The notes below the pieces were generated by a model. The model worked only from the letters and a program-made list of their open reading frames with translations. It did no database searches and was not told where the DNA came from. Below are positions 11,821 to 23,635 of a stretch of DNA of 64,000 nt, piece after piece (the first letter of the stretch is position 1; each line of letters begins with the position of its first letter). This DNA comes from Klebsormidium nitens (taxonomy: Eukaryota; Plantae; Klebsormidiophyceae): assembly GCA_000708835.1 (NCBI GenBank), contig DF237191.1, positions 65,930 through 129,929 on the forward strand, written 5' to 3'. Both the position numbers and the translations under genes were made by a program.

Positions 11821-14800
11821 TCATGGCTTCCACTCCCTGTAGTTCTTAGGCGGAGTCGGCTTGTTCTTCATGACATCTTCGACCTTCTCAATCACCTCGG
11901 ACGTTAGCTTAGGCAAGAACTTGAGCGCTTCCTTGTTCTCCTCGAACTGCAAACGATTGCATCAAGAGCTTGGGGTGAGGAATCGGTCACGATCGTGGGC
12001 AGCATGAGCGTCAAAAAAAGGCCCGTTTATCTTGATCAGAAAAGCAGAAGCTTATCAACTCACTGACAATTGAATCCGCAAACCTGTGATTATCATGTTA
12101 CTTTACATAAAGGCGGGTTTCTCCTCGCCCCTCGTAAGTCCGAAAAGTGGAGATTCTCGAGAATACGGAACGTCTTCGAATAAACCAGCGCTCAATCGTC
12201 TCTATGAATACAATGTAGGCCAGAATAAGACAAGAATCAGAATCTATGCGACCTAGCAACTTCGTCCGGTTCCGCTTTCTATACGATCCGCCTACCTGTT
12301 CCCGCTTGGAGGCGCCCGTGAGAACCGTCGAGACGTGCGGGTTTTTGAGCACCCACGCGAGCGAGAACTGCGCGAGCGTGGCGCCAATTTCTTGCGCGAT
12401 CGGCTTCAGCTTGTCCACCTTCTCCAGATTCTCTTCCGTCAGCAGGCGCTCCCTCAGGCTCTGCAGATGCAAAAAGGTAATTAGTCGCGGTCTGCATGTT
12501 GGGATTCTGGTTCAAAGGAAGTAGCACCACGGGCTTGAGATTCCAGCGGAAAGTTTCAAGCCGACAATGGACTTCGACGAACAGGACAAGGAGGATTGGG
12601 CTCGCTGCTGTGGTTTTTGCAACACTCCATATGCAACAATAAACTCGTTCAAAGGCCTTAAGAATTTGTCCCGAAGGTCCCGGCTTTCCTATCCATCACT
12701 TCGTCTCTAGAGACCTCTTCTTTTGCGGATTTCGAAGCGACGAGGGGCGACCTCATCAGGTATCGGAACAGCACATCTGACCAATATGTGATCTTTGTTT
12801 CGCCAAATCTGTATCGTTTCTATTTTGACCACTTCTGTCGTCACTATGACGCATTCGAAGGCGTAGAGGGGCAGCCCTCAGACCCTTGCTAAAGCGCCCA
12901 CGATTACGATTACGAGGGTGAAGCTGTTCAACCTAGGATCTGCATCCAAGCGACCTCCCAGATCCGTCATTTCAAGCGCGTAGAATTCCCAGGTTCTAGG
13001 GTACTGAAAACAAATACCCGGACAGCCTCACCTTGTACGCGTCGAGAGACAGGCGGGATCCCTCCGGGATGTGGCCCTTGGAGTACTTGCCCGTCAGCAG
13101 CCCGGACGCGAGCGGAGACCACGTGGTCAGACCCAACTTGTACTCCTCGTACAGAGGTTCGTACTCCACCTCGACCTGGGTACCAAAACTCCAAGCATAT
13201 CAGAGATTTCGTTTTTCTTCGTGGGTGCTTTGCCAAATATGGGAGTAAGACCAGGCAGCCCCGCGGCTCCAAGAGCCCCGGCTTGTATATTCCATCTTGG
13301 GAACCAGATCAAGGATTTGGGGTTCTACCTCCGCTACAGACACGGCGTCTTGAGCTCCATAATTCAGCGGATGAAACGGAAAGCTGTCCATTTTTTCAAA
13401 AGACGTCAATAGAGTCGGTACGTACGAGAATTTCGATCAAAATGACGAACCAGAATGAGATGGTCTGCCGAAACATTCCAGCCCTACCCTTAACAAATAA
13501 AAGAGCCAGAACAGCTCGAAAAGCTGACTGTGGTTAAAGACTCCCCTCGTAATCGACTAATGATCGGCCCAGAGCTCCTTCGACCGCGATGAAAAAGATC
13601 GTCATACTCATCCTCTTCATTAAACTAAGGAACCGTCTACAAATCTTGATTTACCATTTCCTGACTCCTTTTTCTCTTCATGTGCGGACGTGTTACGGTC
13701 GGACCTCTATCGTCATTTTAGGGGAGTAAAGATCCTTACAATCGACCGTTCAGAACATCCTGACAGGCCCTTGCCAGCTTAGAGCTGCGCACGCTGTGTG
13801 TTTCACATCCTGTCTTTGTGGAATAAATTTTACTTCAGCAGCTCCACGAAGTCCCACCAAGCCTACTTTGATCTTGTGTATAAGTTTCTTGAACACTGAG
13901 GTTGTTTTCAGTGTGCGCGCGCATGAACTGCTCACCCGGGCCCTGTGGAACAGATAGCTCTTAGGCTGCTTCATCCATCAGGCCTAGACTGATACAGGGA
14001 TCCTGAAATCTAAAGATTCATTTGTGCGCGCGCGCGCGCGCGAGCGGCTCACCCTGTCCCTATGGAAGAGGTTGTACTCTGGCTGCTCCACCACGGGCCC
14101 AATCAAGCCCAGCCGCTTGGCAATCCCCCACGCCGCTTCGATCTGCTGCGCGGACCACTCGCTCGTGCCCCAGTAGAATGCGTAGCCCTGAAAATGAGAG
14201 ATTTTTGGAGCCATTTGAAAATGGGGTAATCTTTGCGTATTCTGCAAAAGCGGAGGAGCGGAGACCCGTCTTCTGTACTGCCCACAAAGGACCTTGAGTT
14301 TCTGAAAAATCCTACGTTTGCGCCCTTTCCCCGCTTGCGAGAATTTCTCGGACGTCCATTTGAGAGTCGAGGCGCAGTATCTTCACGCTCCCTGTATGAC
14401 CGAAAGAGGGCTCAATACGAAACCGAAGATTTGTGATTTTTGGATGCTGCAGCAAATGTGGGTCGCATGGTCTGTCCGAAGAGGTAATCGCCGCGACGCG
14501 GCTCCCCACGGTGATGGAATATGCGACCCCCCAGCCACGGAGGCCCGAGGGCCTGCCACGTGGCGGGTTTTGATCTGTGACGTTTGCGCTGGAACATACG
14601 GCTTGGAAGCTACGCCGCTCCACAAGCGCAGGGCCGTCAGCCAGGCTGACTGACGACCCCCGTCACAATATTCACTCGTCCCTAGGAGAATCCTTGAGTT
14701 TCTTGTCGGGAAATTTGACGGCTCTTATTGCAGCATGCCAAAGAAACCGGTGGCCTTCGGCAGTGAATGGCCTTGTGGTTGCCAAAAAGGTTTGCTGCGA

Positions 14801-17130
14801 CTTTGGTCGCTGTCATCGCCGGCCTTCTTTGCATGTAGGGACACGCAAAGGTGTTCCGTCAAACAGGAGCAGGAACAATTCTCAGCGAACGCATCTTTTA
14901 TGTCTCACTTCCGAGGACTGAAAGGAACCTTAAATCCCGTCAGCCGCTACACACTCCTCATGAACCATATGTAGATTCTAGATTTATAGTTCATAAGACT
15001 CAATGTTCAGTTAGTCTTCTTACCTTGTCGATGATGTGGTTGAATGCGCGCACAGTCTCCTCGATCGGGGTCGTGACGTCAGGCCGGTGCGCGTAGATGA
15101 CGTCAAAGTAGTCGACCCCGTACCGCTTAAGCGACGCCTGGGTGCCCTCGATCACGTGCTTCCGGCACAGGCCTCTGCGCAGAAAATGATAAAACTTCGT
15201 TGTGAGATCGAATTGAAGTTCGTGGGTTGTTTCCCGAGCCGCCCTTTGATTGCTTAAAATTTTGGAAGCGTCAGGTTCCTTGCTTTCAGGCGAAAGCCTG
15301 TGCGCACGTGACGGGCGTCGTAATTGCGTTACCCTTGAAAGCAGATGGAATACACATGCCATCCTAAAATTAACCTCAAGAAACACCCCCAAAATGCGTT
15401 CACTACGTTCGTTCGGCTTTGGAGGCTCAACATCCCGAAACAGTCAAGACAGAAGATTTCTTCGACTTCCATTTTAATGCACATTCCAGCAGAAAAGCGC
15501 CGACGAGATTCTCGAGCCATCAACAGAGCAGAAAAACTTTCTGAAACTCATTGAGATGATCCTCGATGCAATCTATTTTGGATGATTATCGCAAGTCTGT
15601 CTTCCTGGGCATTCTTTCTCTGTGCCACCGATCGTGCGAGGCACCACCAAATCTCTCAAGTCCCGAACAAGCTTGTAAGCATCCTGCGGGCCCTCTAAAG
15701 CAAGTTTCTGCGCCACATTCAGCATCTGAGGGCAACGGAGTCTCACTTCTCATTGGGGGCTTCGCCGCCCCAGAAGATCTTGGTGGTGAGTACCAGCTCA
15801 GAGCGCTTGATGTCCAGCTCTTTGAAGGCCTGGCCCATCACCTGCTCCGCCTTGCCCCCCGCGTACACCTCAGCATTGTCTGCAATTAGGCCCAACCGGA
15901 GGAAATTATCCTTTAATGAAGAATAACTACCACCGAGAGAGGCAATATATGCCTGGTGTAAGGGGAATCGTTTGACCTTGCCATGGGCAGAATGAAGCGG
16001 AGCCCTATTAGACGCAAAGTACCACCATTAATTACAGAAGCACAACTAGTGTAGCCTTCGTAAGGTTCCTTTCCACAAGGTCGGCACGAGCACCGTTAAG
16101 TATATGGCTTCTGATAGGTCATGGCAAGAAGCTTTTGACAGAAAATGTACTGATGCCGGCGCCGTTTGTTGAATCACTGAAAACACCCTTCGCTCCACTT
16201 GAGGAAATCGTGAAAACAATGACGACGGACAACAACGACAACTAGGACGTGAAACCTGATCCACAAAGTCGATATTGAAGGACTTTTGAAGGAAAGGACG
16301 AGGTGACTGACCGAAGAAGTTGACTCCTGAGTTAAACGCATCCTGGAGGATCTCTTTGGCCTCCGGGACCTGGGAGCATCGAGATGCGAGGTCAAGGTCC
16401 AGCAAAAAATACTCAGATTTGCAGAGAAACGAAGTCGGATGCTTTCTTTCAGAACACTTGAACACAGAAATAGATTCAATCAGTACAGCAGGGCGCGAGA
16501 AGTTACCTCTACATGAGGAATCTATCATCGAGCATTTCCCCCGCAATATTCACAGAAAATGCGAATCGATGCTATGTTTCGCCGAGGTCAGCTGTCAGGC
16601 TCACCTGGACTTGGTTTCCAAATGTAACCTGCGGACCGGAGAGACTAGTTACGAACTTGTCGCGTCGCCATAGAATTGTCTGCATCATTCCGTTTCCATG
16701 ATTGCTTTGATTGAAGCTGCCTCTCGTCGAGATAACCGCAAAGGATGATGACCAGCAACCAGTGAACGTCCATGCAGAATGCTGCCAATCAGCCTTTCGC
16801 TTCTCGCAAACTTACTTACCCAAGCACCCAAACCGAGGGCGCTCACTTTAAGGCCTGCATGCATAACGAAAAGACTAATCATTGATCCACATTATGCCGC
16901 TTACACAGAGTTAGTCGTATATCAGAGCAGACGAAGCACGCAATCGAGCAATGTCGCTCGACACGGGCGCAGAGTCATCAAACAGTAGACAGATACTTCA
17001 GCAGACCGTCTTTATCGGACAGAACACTCATTCAGGAATATGCATTCATCATGCAGACCTTCAGATTGACAGGCAGCAATTCTGTTCCTTGCTGGATCTT
17101 ACCTGTGTTCCCTAGGAACCTGTACTCCAT
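11821..17130 (-). CDS. KAB1: Voltage-gated K+ channel beta subunit / aldo-keto reductase family 6, copy A
   Basis: 10 exons: [10 protein letters not shown] / [11 protein letters not shown] / VTFGNQVQ / [19 protein letters not shown] / [20 protein letters not shown] / [28 protein letters not shown] / [24 protein letters not shown] / [17 protein letters not shown] / [18 protein letters not shown] / [24 protein letters not shown]. Confidence 0.95.
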
Positions 17131-18606
17131 CTCGAGGATCTTGCGGACCGTGCTTTGGCACATGCGATTGAGCCGTTCATAAAATGGACAAGGAGAATAA
17201 GCCCTGGTTCCTCCAGCTCCACAGGACCACTTGCAGCTCAACGGGACCCTGTAGAAATACTCCCCAGTCAATCGATCACTTGGTCGAAACGAATGCTTCT
17301 CTGGGCCAGTCTACGGGGGCGCCTCTTCGCAAGCTTCTCCAGTGCTCTGCATAAGTTCAAGCTCAGGCGGCCAGGGAGGACGTCAGGAAGCTCGAAGCTG
17401 CCCCATGTCGGCCAAGCTCAAATCGACTTTGCCAGTAGATCGACATGCGCGATGCGAGGGCCGACAATGCGCGCGGCGCGCCGTCTCCTTCAGGCGCGCG
17501 GGCGCCTGCAGGATCGATACTGGCAACTCTCGTGTGACCTAACGGGCGTGTGAACTAGTCTCCATGCAACCCGGGCAGACAAACTAAATTCCTAACCGAG
17601 ATAATCACGCGCTCCGCACCCATTGCCATCCCAACCCACCCTAACCACCTTACCTACCCCACCCGTCTCCCGGGCGCCTATTTTAGGTCACACGCCTGTA
17701 AAGTCACATGCGAGAGTTGCCAGAATGCAGGCTCGGCGCGGCCCGGGACTGGAGACCGTACCGCGTGCACCCCGCCCATATGCGTATGCTGCATTGACAA
17801 CCTGAAGCACTGTCTAGAGCGGGTAAGGGCGGGTACGTTTAGTCAATTAGAAGAACCAGTGGAACGCTCTTGGAACTGATGACGTGGCGAACTTTATGTT
17901 TGGAATGTGGCCTTGGCGTTGCTCGATCGCGACCAACCGATGATCGAGAGCGCCCTCTGGCCCCAATTAAACATTCACGTTTTCACCCCAAAAAACACGT
18001 TCCTTTCAACACCACTGTGCATGGGTCCGATCGCGAGTCATTCTAAGCGATCAAACTTCAGGACAACTCAAGAGCTTCATGAAACAAGAGAGGACCTTGA
18101 CATGCGCGGTCCGGCCCGTCACGGCAAAATGAACGGTACCATTTGTAAAGAAGATAGATTTAAGTATTTCCCGTACACAGTAGAGGATTTTGCCGTGATA
18201 CCAGCAGCTACAATAGATCAACTAGCATGATAGGCATTCATTGCAAACTATGATACCCGTACCGACGTACCCCGGTGTGAAATAAACTTGCTTCAGCAAA
18301 ACTTTGGCACGTGGCCGGGCTGCAATGACAAACATACTATGGTATAGCTTAGCGCTGACGGGACTGGACAAGGGTCTGATCTGACGCGTCATGCAAATCT
18401 TACTATTAATCGAAGCATTCCGGGAGAACCTTATCGTACATTGGAAGCTGACTGTCACAAAATCTCGGATCTAGAATATTGTGAGCGACTGTGGTTGTCG
18501 CGTGCAGACCTTCTGACTTGGATCCAACGCACGCATACAGTCAACATATCTAATCAAGGAGCAACCCTTTCCAGCAGATAAGGACCAGCCGAACTCTGCC
18601 ATCCCG

Positions 18607-21600
18607 TTACTCTCGGTAGACCTTTGAAGGAGTTGGCTTTGTCTGCATGATCTCGTCGATCTTGTCCATGATCTCAGGTGTCAGCTTGGGTACGAACTTG
18701 AATGCTTGCACGTTCTCTTCAAACTGCGGCAAGTGAGAGACAAACCCAGTTGGTATATCTTCACCTTGGCTTCGAGGCGCGGATCCCCAGGCCGACAAGA
18801 AAGGCTTACATCATTAAATTGACGCACTCAGTCTCAAGAGCGATCGAAACCTTCGCTCGGCGCTGAGGCCGAAACACAATCTGTTCGACCCGATGCCGAC
18901 ATTACGGCCACCATACCATCTTCCCAGCCCTGCTTTGAACCACCCGTTCAACTTCCAACATTTTCAGAAAAGCACGAGAGGAAGCAATGCGTTGCGGACA
19001 GGTTCGGGCCCGAAAGCGCCTGTATCAATAGAAAGGGCTTGCACGACGTTCGACAACTCATCAACGAAAGCGAGATCCACCCACCTGCTCGGGCTTCGAG
19101 GCACCCGTGATGACCGTCGAGACGTGGGGGTTCTTGAGCGCCCACGCGAGGGAGAGCTGGGCCAAGCTGGCGCCTACCTCTTCAGCGACCTTCTTGAGCT
19201 TGTCCACTTTACCCAGCTTCTCCTCCACCAGCGACCGCTCCCGTGAGCCCTGCACGAAGTGTTTGAATTGTTAGAATTCATTCAGAGAATTCAAGTGCGC
19301 GCACACTGGGGCAAGAATCAGCAGTGAAGCTTTCCTGTTGCAATTGACACGACTTCGAGATGATAAGGAAGTCTGTGATGAGCCGAGGCAACGACCGCAA
19401 GCTGGCGGAAATGTTGGAATACATAGGATGACGCAGATTACTGGTCGACTCGTTGACTTCAGTGAAGGCGAAGCTTGGGAAGAGCGACTCTGGCCTACAC
19501 GCGCCCCTCTTATCGACTCAAGTATTGTGTCCCGTTGGCAAATTCCGCATAGCAACTTGAAGGTCCTCGACGTTCCTCGAGGTCAAGGCCAAGTTGGGTG
19601 CGTCAGTGTTCCAACAATTTGATGCAAATAGCGAAGCTTCCGGCAATCAGGCCGCTCCCTGCCGACAGTGTCGTCCTCTCACCTTGTGAGCCTCGAGCGC
19701 AAAGCGCGAGCCTTCGGGGATGTGGTCCTTGGAGTACTTGCCCGTCAGCAAGCCAGACGCAAGCGGGGACCACGTGGTGAGGCCCAGGCCGTACTCCTTA
19801 TACAATGGAGCGTACTCAACTTCAACCTGAATATCAGCAGCAAGGAGGGCAATCAGACCTTAGGAATCTGCTGTTCGAGTGTCCACAATCGTCCTGTGGT
19901 GCGTAAACTCGATCCAAGCTTGGCCCTCTGGGAAGCTGTGAAAGGACCGATTGCTATAACGTTCCAGATAACGGGCGCGGTTAGGCTGGGAGTTAGCGCG
20001 ATCCGGGCTGCGAAACGCACACCGTTTATGGATTTTTGGAGGCCTGAGACTGGACGGCAAGTTTCTTCGACGAAGGAGAACGTAGGGGAGATTCTCCCTC
20101 CATTTTCAGCCTCCGATAGGTCTCCACCGCGTGGCAGGCACCTGGCAAAATTCGTTGCACTGGTGACGTGTCAGGCTAGCTCTCAATGATGTTTTGTGAC
20201 TGCTCACCTTCTCTCTTGCAAACAAGTTGTACTCTGGCTGCTCCACCAGCGGTCCGATCAGATTGAGCCGCTTGGCAACGCCCCAGGCTGCTTCGATCTG
20301 TTGAGCGGTCCACTCACTCGTGCCCCAGTAGAAGCAGTGACCCTGCAAGGGGTCGAGCATCCAGAATTGCTACACATGTTACATGTTCAAAGCTTCGAAG
20401 TTTATATCCAATTTTAAGACTTTTGACTGCGCCTCACAGCAATCTGGGATGAACTGAATTCGCTCGATTTTGAATTCAAGCGAGGCCCGGACTATTCAGC
20501 TCCCATTTGAAGAACGGAAAATGGGTGAAGTGCCAGAGACGCTCTGGAAAGAGGTGAGGGAATCTGCCAACCACGAGAGCTCTCTACTCTCAATCAGGCC
20601 CTTCAGTAACGTATTCAAAGGGAGAAAAACCTCGATTCTGTTTGCCAAGCGCAGAGTCCGTGATACAAATGTCAGCCCTATGCCCTCGTTGGCCTCCACA
20701 AAGCTGAGAAGAAATTCCCCAACCAACATGGAGGTAGAAGGCAGGTCGAATGTCGACCAATTCGACGAATCGTCTCTCTGCCCACCTTTTCAATGATGTG
20801 ATTGAACGCCCTGACGGTCTCCTCCATGGGGGTTGTGACGTCGGGCCGGTGAGCGAAGATGACATCGAAGTAGTCGACTTGGTATCGCTTGAGTGATGCT
20901 TGAGTTGCTTCAACGATGTGCTTGCGGCTCAGACCCCTGAACACAACAGGAGTGATGTCCCTAAGATCACTGTCCTTCAGATAGTCCCAAGCTCCAACAA
21001 CGTCTCTGCGATCTGCAGGGCTAATTCAGAAACCTCCACAACCTTGAGATAGCAGGAGCGGAACAAAGTTTCGACAAAAAGGCAAAGTAAGATAAGAGTG
21101 CAGAGCAGTACAAGTAACTTAGACGTTGGGGATTTGAAGGGCAGGTATAATCTGACACCGTTGATGCGCTCACTTGTCATTGGGTCCTTGGCCTCCCCAG
21201 AATATCTTGGTGGTGAGGACCAGATCGGACCTCTTGGTGCCCAGCTCCTTGAAAGCCTGGCCCATCACTTCCTCCGCCTTGCCCCCGGCATATACCTCAG
21301 CATTGTCTGCAATTAAACATCCAACGATAACTTGAGACACAGTGAGAATCAACCCCCGTCACTGAACTACCTTGAAACTTCCAACGCAATCATATATCCA
21401 ACGATAATTTCAGACGCAGTGTGAGTCAACCCTCGTTACTGGACTACCTTGAGACTTTTCTGCTGGCCATCATGGTGTTCTAGTATTTGCTGCATTCCAG
21501 TTGATCCAGTAAGGGTCTTGGTTTACTGACCGAAAAAGTTGACCCCAGCTTTCAATGCTCCCTCCAGGATCTTCTTGGCCTCCGGAACCTGTGAAGAGAG

Positions 21601-22286
21601 ATCAAGAGCGCAGTCGATCATACCATTTTAAGTGCATGTAGTGAGAAGGACCAGAGAATGACCATCACAATTCAATAGTCAGGCAAAGAACTAGCACTTG
21701 TCCATCATTACATGCAGGGGATGCGACCTGAAGTTGAAAGTCTTATTGCTTGTTTGATTTTTCTTCACCAAGTAAACCAGGTTCAGTCACATACCTGGAC
21801 CTGATTCCCAAAGGTAACCTGCACAACAGCAAATCTGGTTGAGATAGGAGCTTCAGCACCGTAAGCTCATGTCACAGAAAGCAAAACAGTTGATGACAAA
21901 GCTTGGTATAGCTTGTACGACTCTGCAAAGGGGGATAAAAAGAGATTGACATAGGACCATATACAACACGTAAGATCAGCACATCAGGCACACAACAATG
22001 AATCTGATCGTCCAATTCTGAATGCAGCATCACTCACCCAGGCGCCAAAGCTGAGGGCGCTAACTTTCAAACCTGTGAATGTACAAAGACAGCATAGCTC
22101 AGATCAATAGGCACAAGGTCCAACTGAAGCCCGTAGCAGCAAAGAGACATATCAAGGAAGCAACATCTATATAAAATTGAAGGGAGCAGAGAGGTGGAAG
22201 CAGTAATATCCAGCCTTTCATGGCATTCCAGCTTGCACCACTCTCGCATCAATCATACCTGATCTCCCAAGAAACCTGTACTCCAT
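18607..22286 (-). CDS. KAB1: Voltage-gated K+ channel beta subunit / aldo-keto reductase family 6, copy B (tandem paralog)
   Basis: Same 10-exon structure: [10 protein letters not shown] / [11 protein letters not shown] / VTFGNQVQ / [19 protein letters not shown] / [30 protein letters not shown] / [15 protein letters not shown] / [11 protein letters not shown] / [17 protein letters not shown] / [18 protein letters not shown] / [21 protein letters not shown]. Confidence 0.95.
21319..21458. repeat. Two-copy ~77-bp tandem repeat in a KAB1-B intron
   Basis: atccaacgataacttgagacacagtgagaatcaacccccgtcactgaactaccttgaaact (21319) against atccaacgataatttcagacgcagtgtgagtcaaccctcgttactggactaccttgagact (21396). 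Confidence 0.75.
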
Positions 22287-23635
22287 CTTGAAGAACTTGC
22301 AGCTGTTGAGCTTCTATGGTGGTGCGCACAATTGCAAGTCAGCCACCTTCTTCTGGGTCCTCTTTGCTCCAAGAGACTTGCAAGCAATGGGCACCAGCAG
22401 AGTAAGCGCAGCGCAACCAGGGGAAGGACGCATGCAATGCTGCATGCAAGCCGCCAGCTGAATGCACGCTAGCGCCGGCGCGCAATGGTGGGCGGCCGCG
22501 AGTCTCGCAGTTGGCGGCCGCGCCGCTGCACGCGGCGCTGCGCATAACGCGTGTCCACGCTGGCGCTGCTGCGATCAGACTTAAAACGCAGTATGCTTCT
22601 CCGAGTAAGATTCAGCCTGCTCCAGTGAGACACCGCCCTGAACGTTGGCCAGGCTGAGTGTGAGGGTTGCACTAGTGCCATCTCACTGCCTGATAATTTG
22701 GCACCGATTGTCTTTGGCATAAGCCGTACCAGTCGCTTCAATGCCCACCAGAAGCTAGCCTTGTGCTCACTTAAAGTAAACGTCAACTTCTCATGGTTTG
22801 GCAACCCAATGCTCCGTGCAAGCCGGCGGACCAGCTTTTCCACAAGGCTTCAATTCCTGCCGCTATTGAATGGTTTTCCGCAAGGAGTTGATTGACTAAA
22901 GCATGTCGTCCTTGATATCTTTGCAAGCTGACATTGGTGCAAGCACGACACAGACATCGAGCAGCCATCTACTTGAGCTAGACACCGTGCCGATCTCGGG
23001 CAGCGGCTTCAAGTAAAAGGCTGCACACGTAAGTTCAATTCGTTCACCGACAAAACGGCCGTCATGAAATGCCTTTTGTCTGCTTTGTTCACGGCAGAGC
23101 CGGCGCAAAGGAATCCAAGGAGGACACGGCGTAGGGCCAGGTTCAGTTGTGCTACGCCTTAACGGGTGAGCAGTTCAGTTCGTATCTCGACAAAAGCCTA
23201 CTAAGAAGTATCATGCAAGTGGACGTCATTGTGCCAGCTTCACTTTTTACATCGCACTCGAATGTTATGAAAGTTTGGTTTGATTTTGTCGGATCAGAAA
23301 CATGACGTTTCAAGAGCCTTGTTGCAGCTGCCAAGCTGTTCAGCTGAATGACCGGACTCTATTCGAGAGAACAAAAAAAGCACAATTTCCCCTAGATTAA
23401 TCTGCGGTCTGCGCAAACTCAGTGCTAATACTATCGCATCTCAAGACGTCGAGCCCGTACACCACATGAACAATCCGTGTCCAGGCGCATACATTTCTAG
23501 CGGGAAGCACCCACAAAGACCCAGGCTTTCTTTTTTTCCAGGGGTCAGTCTCTCACTATCGACAACCAAAAGTCCTTCCTAGCCCTGCCTAACGATCGCA
23601 ATGGACCGACTCCTTATAAGACATTAGAAATCCCA

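Noticed and set aside
13541-13730. Weak inverted similarity (actcccct..aatga..cgacc) in a KAB1-A intron
   Set aside because: Too gapped to call a TIR pair by eye.
22469-23108. Minus-strand ORFs upstream of KAB1-B with a faint resemblance to copia RNase H or an F-box
   Set aside because: The resemblance rests on a few residues across stops and frames, so it is not supportable without a search.
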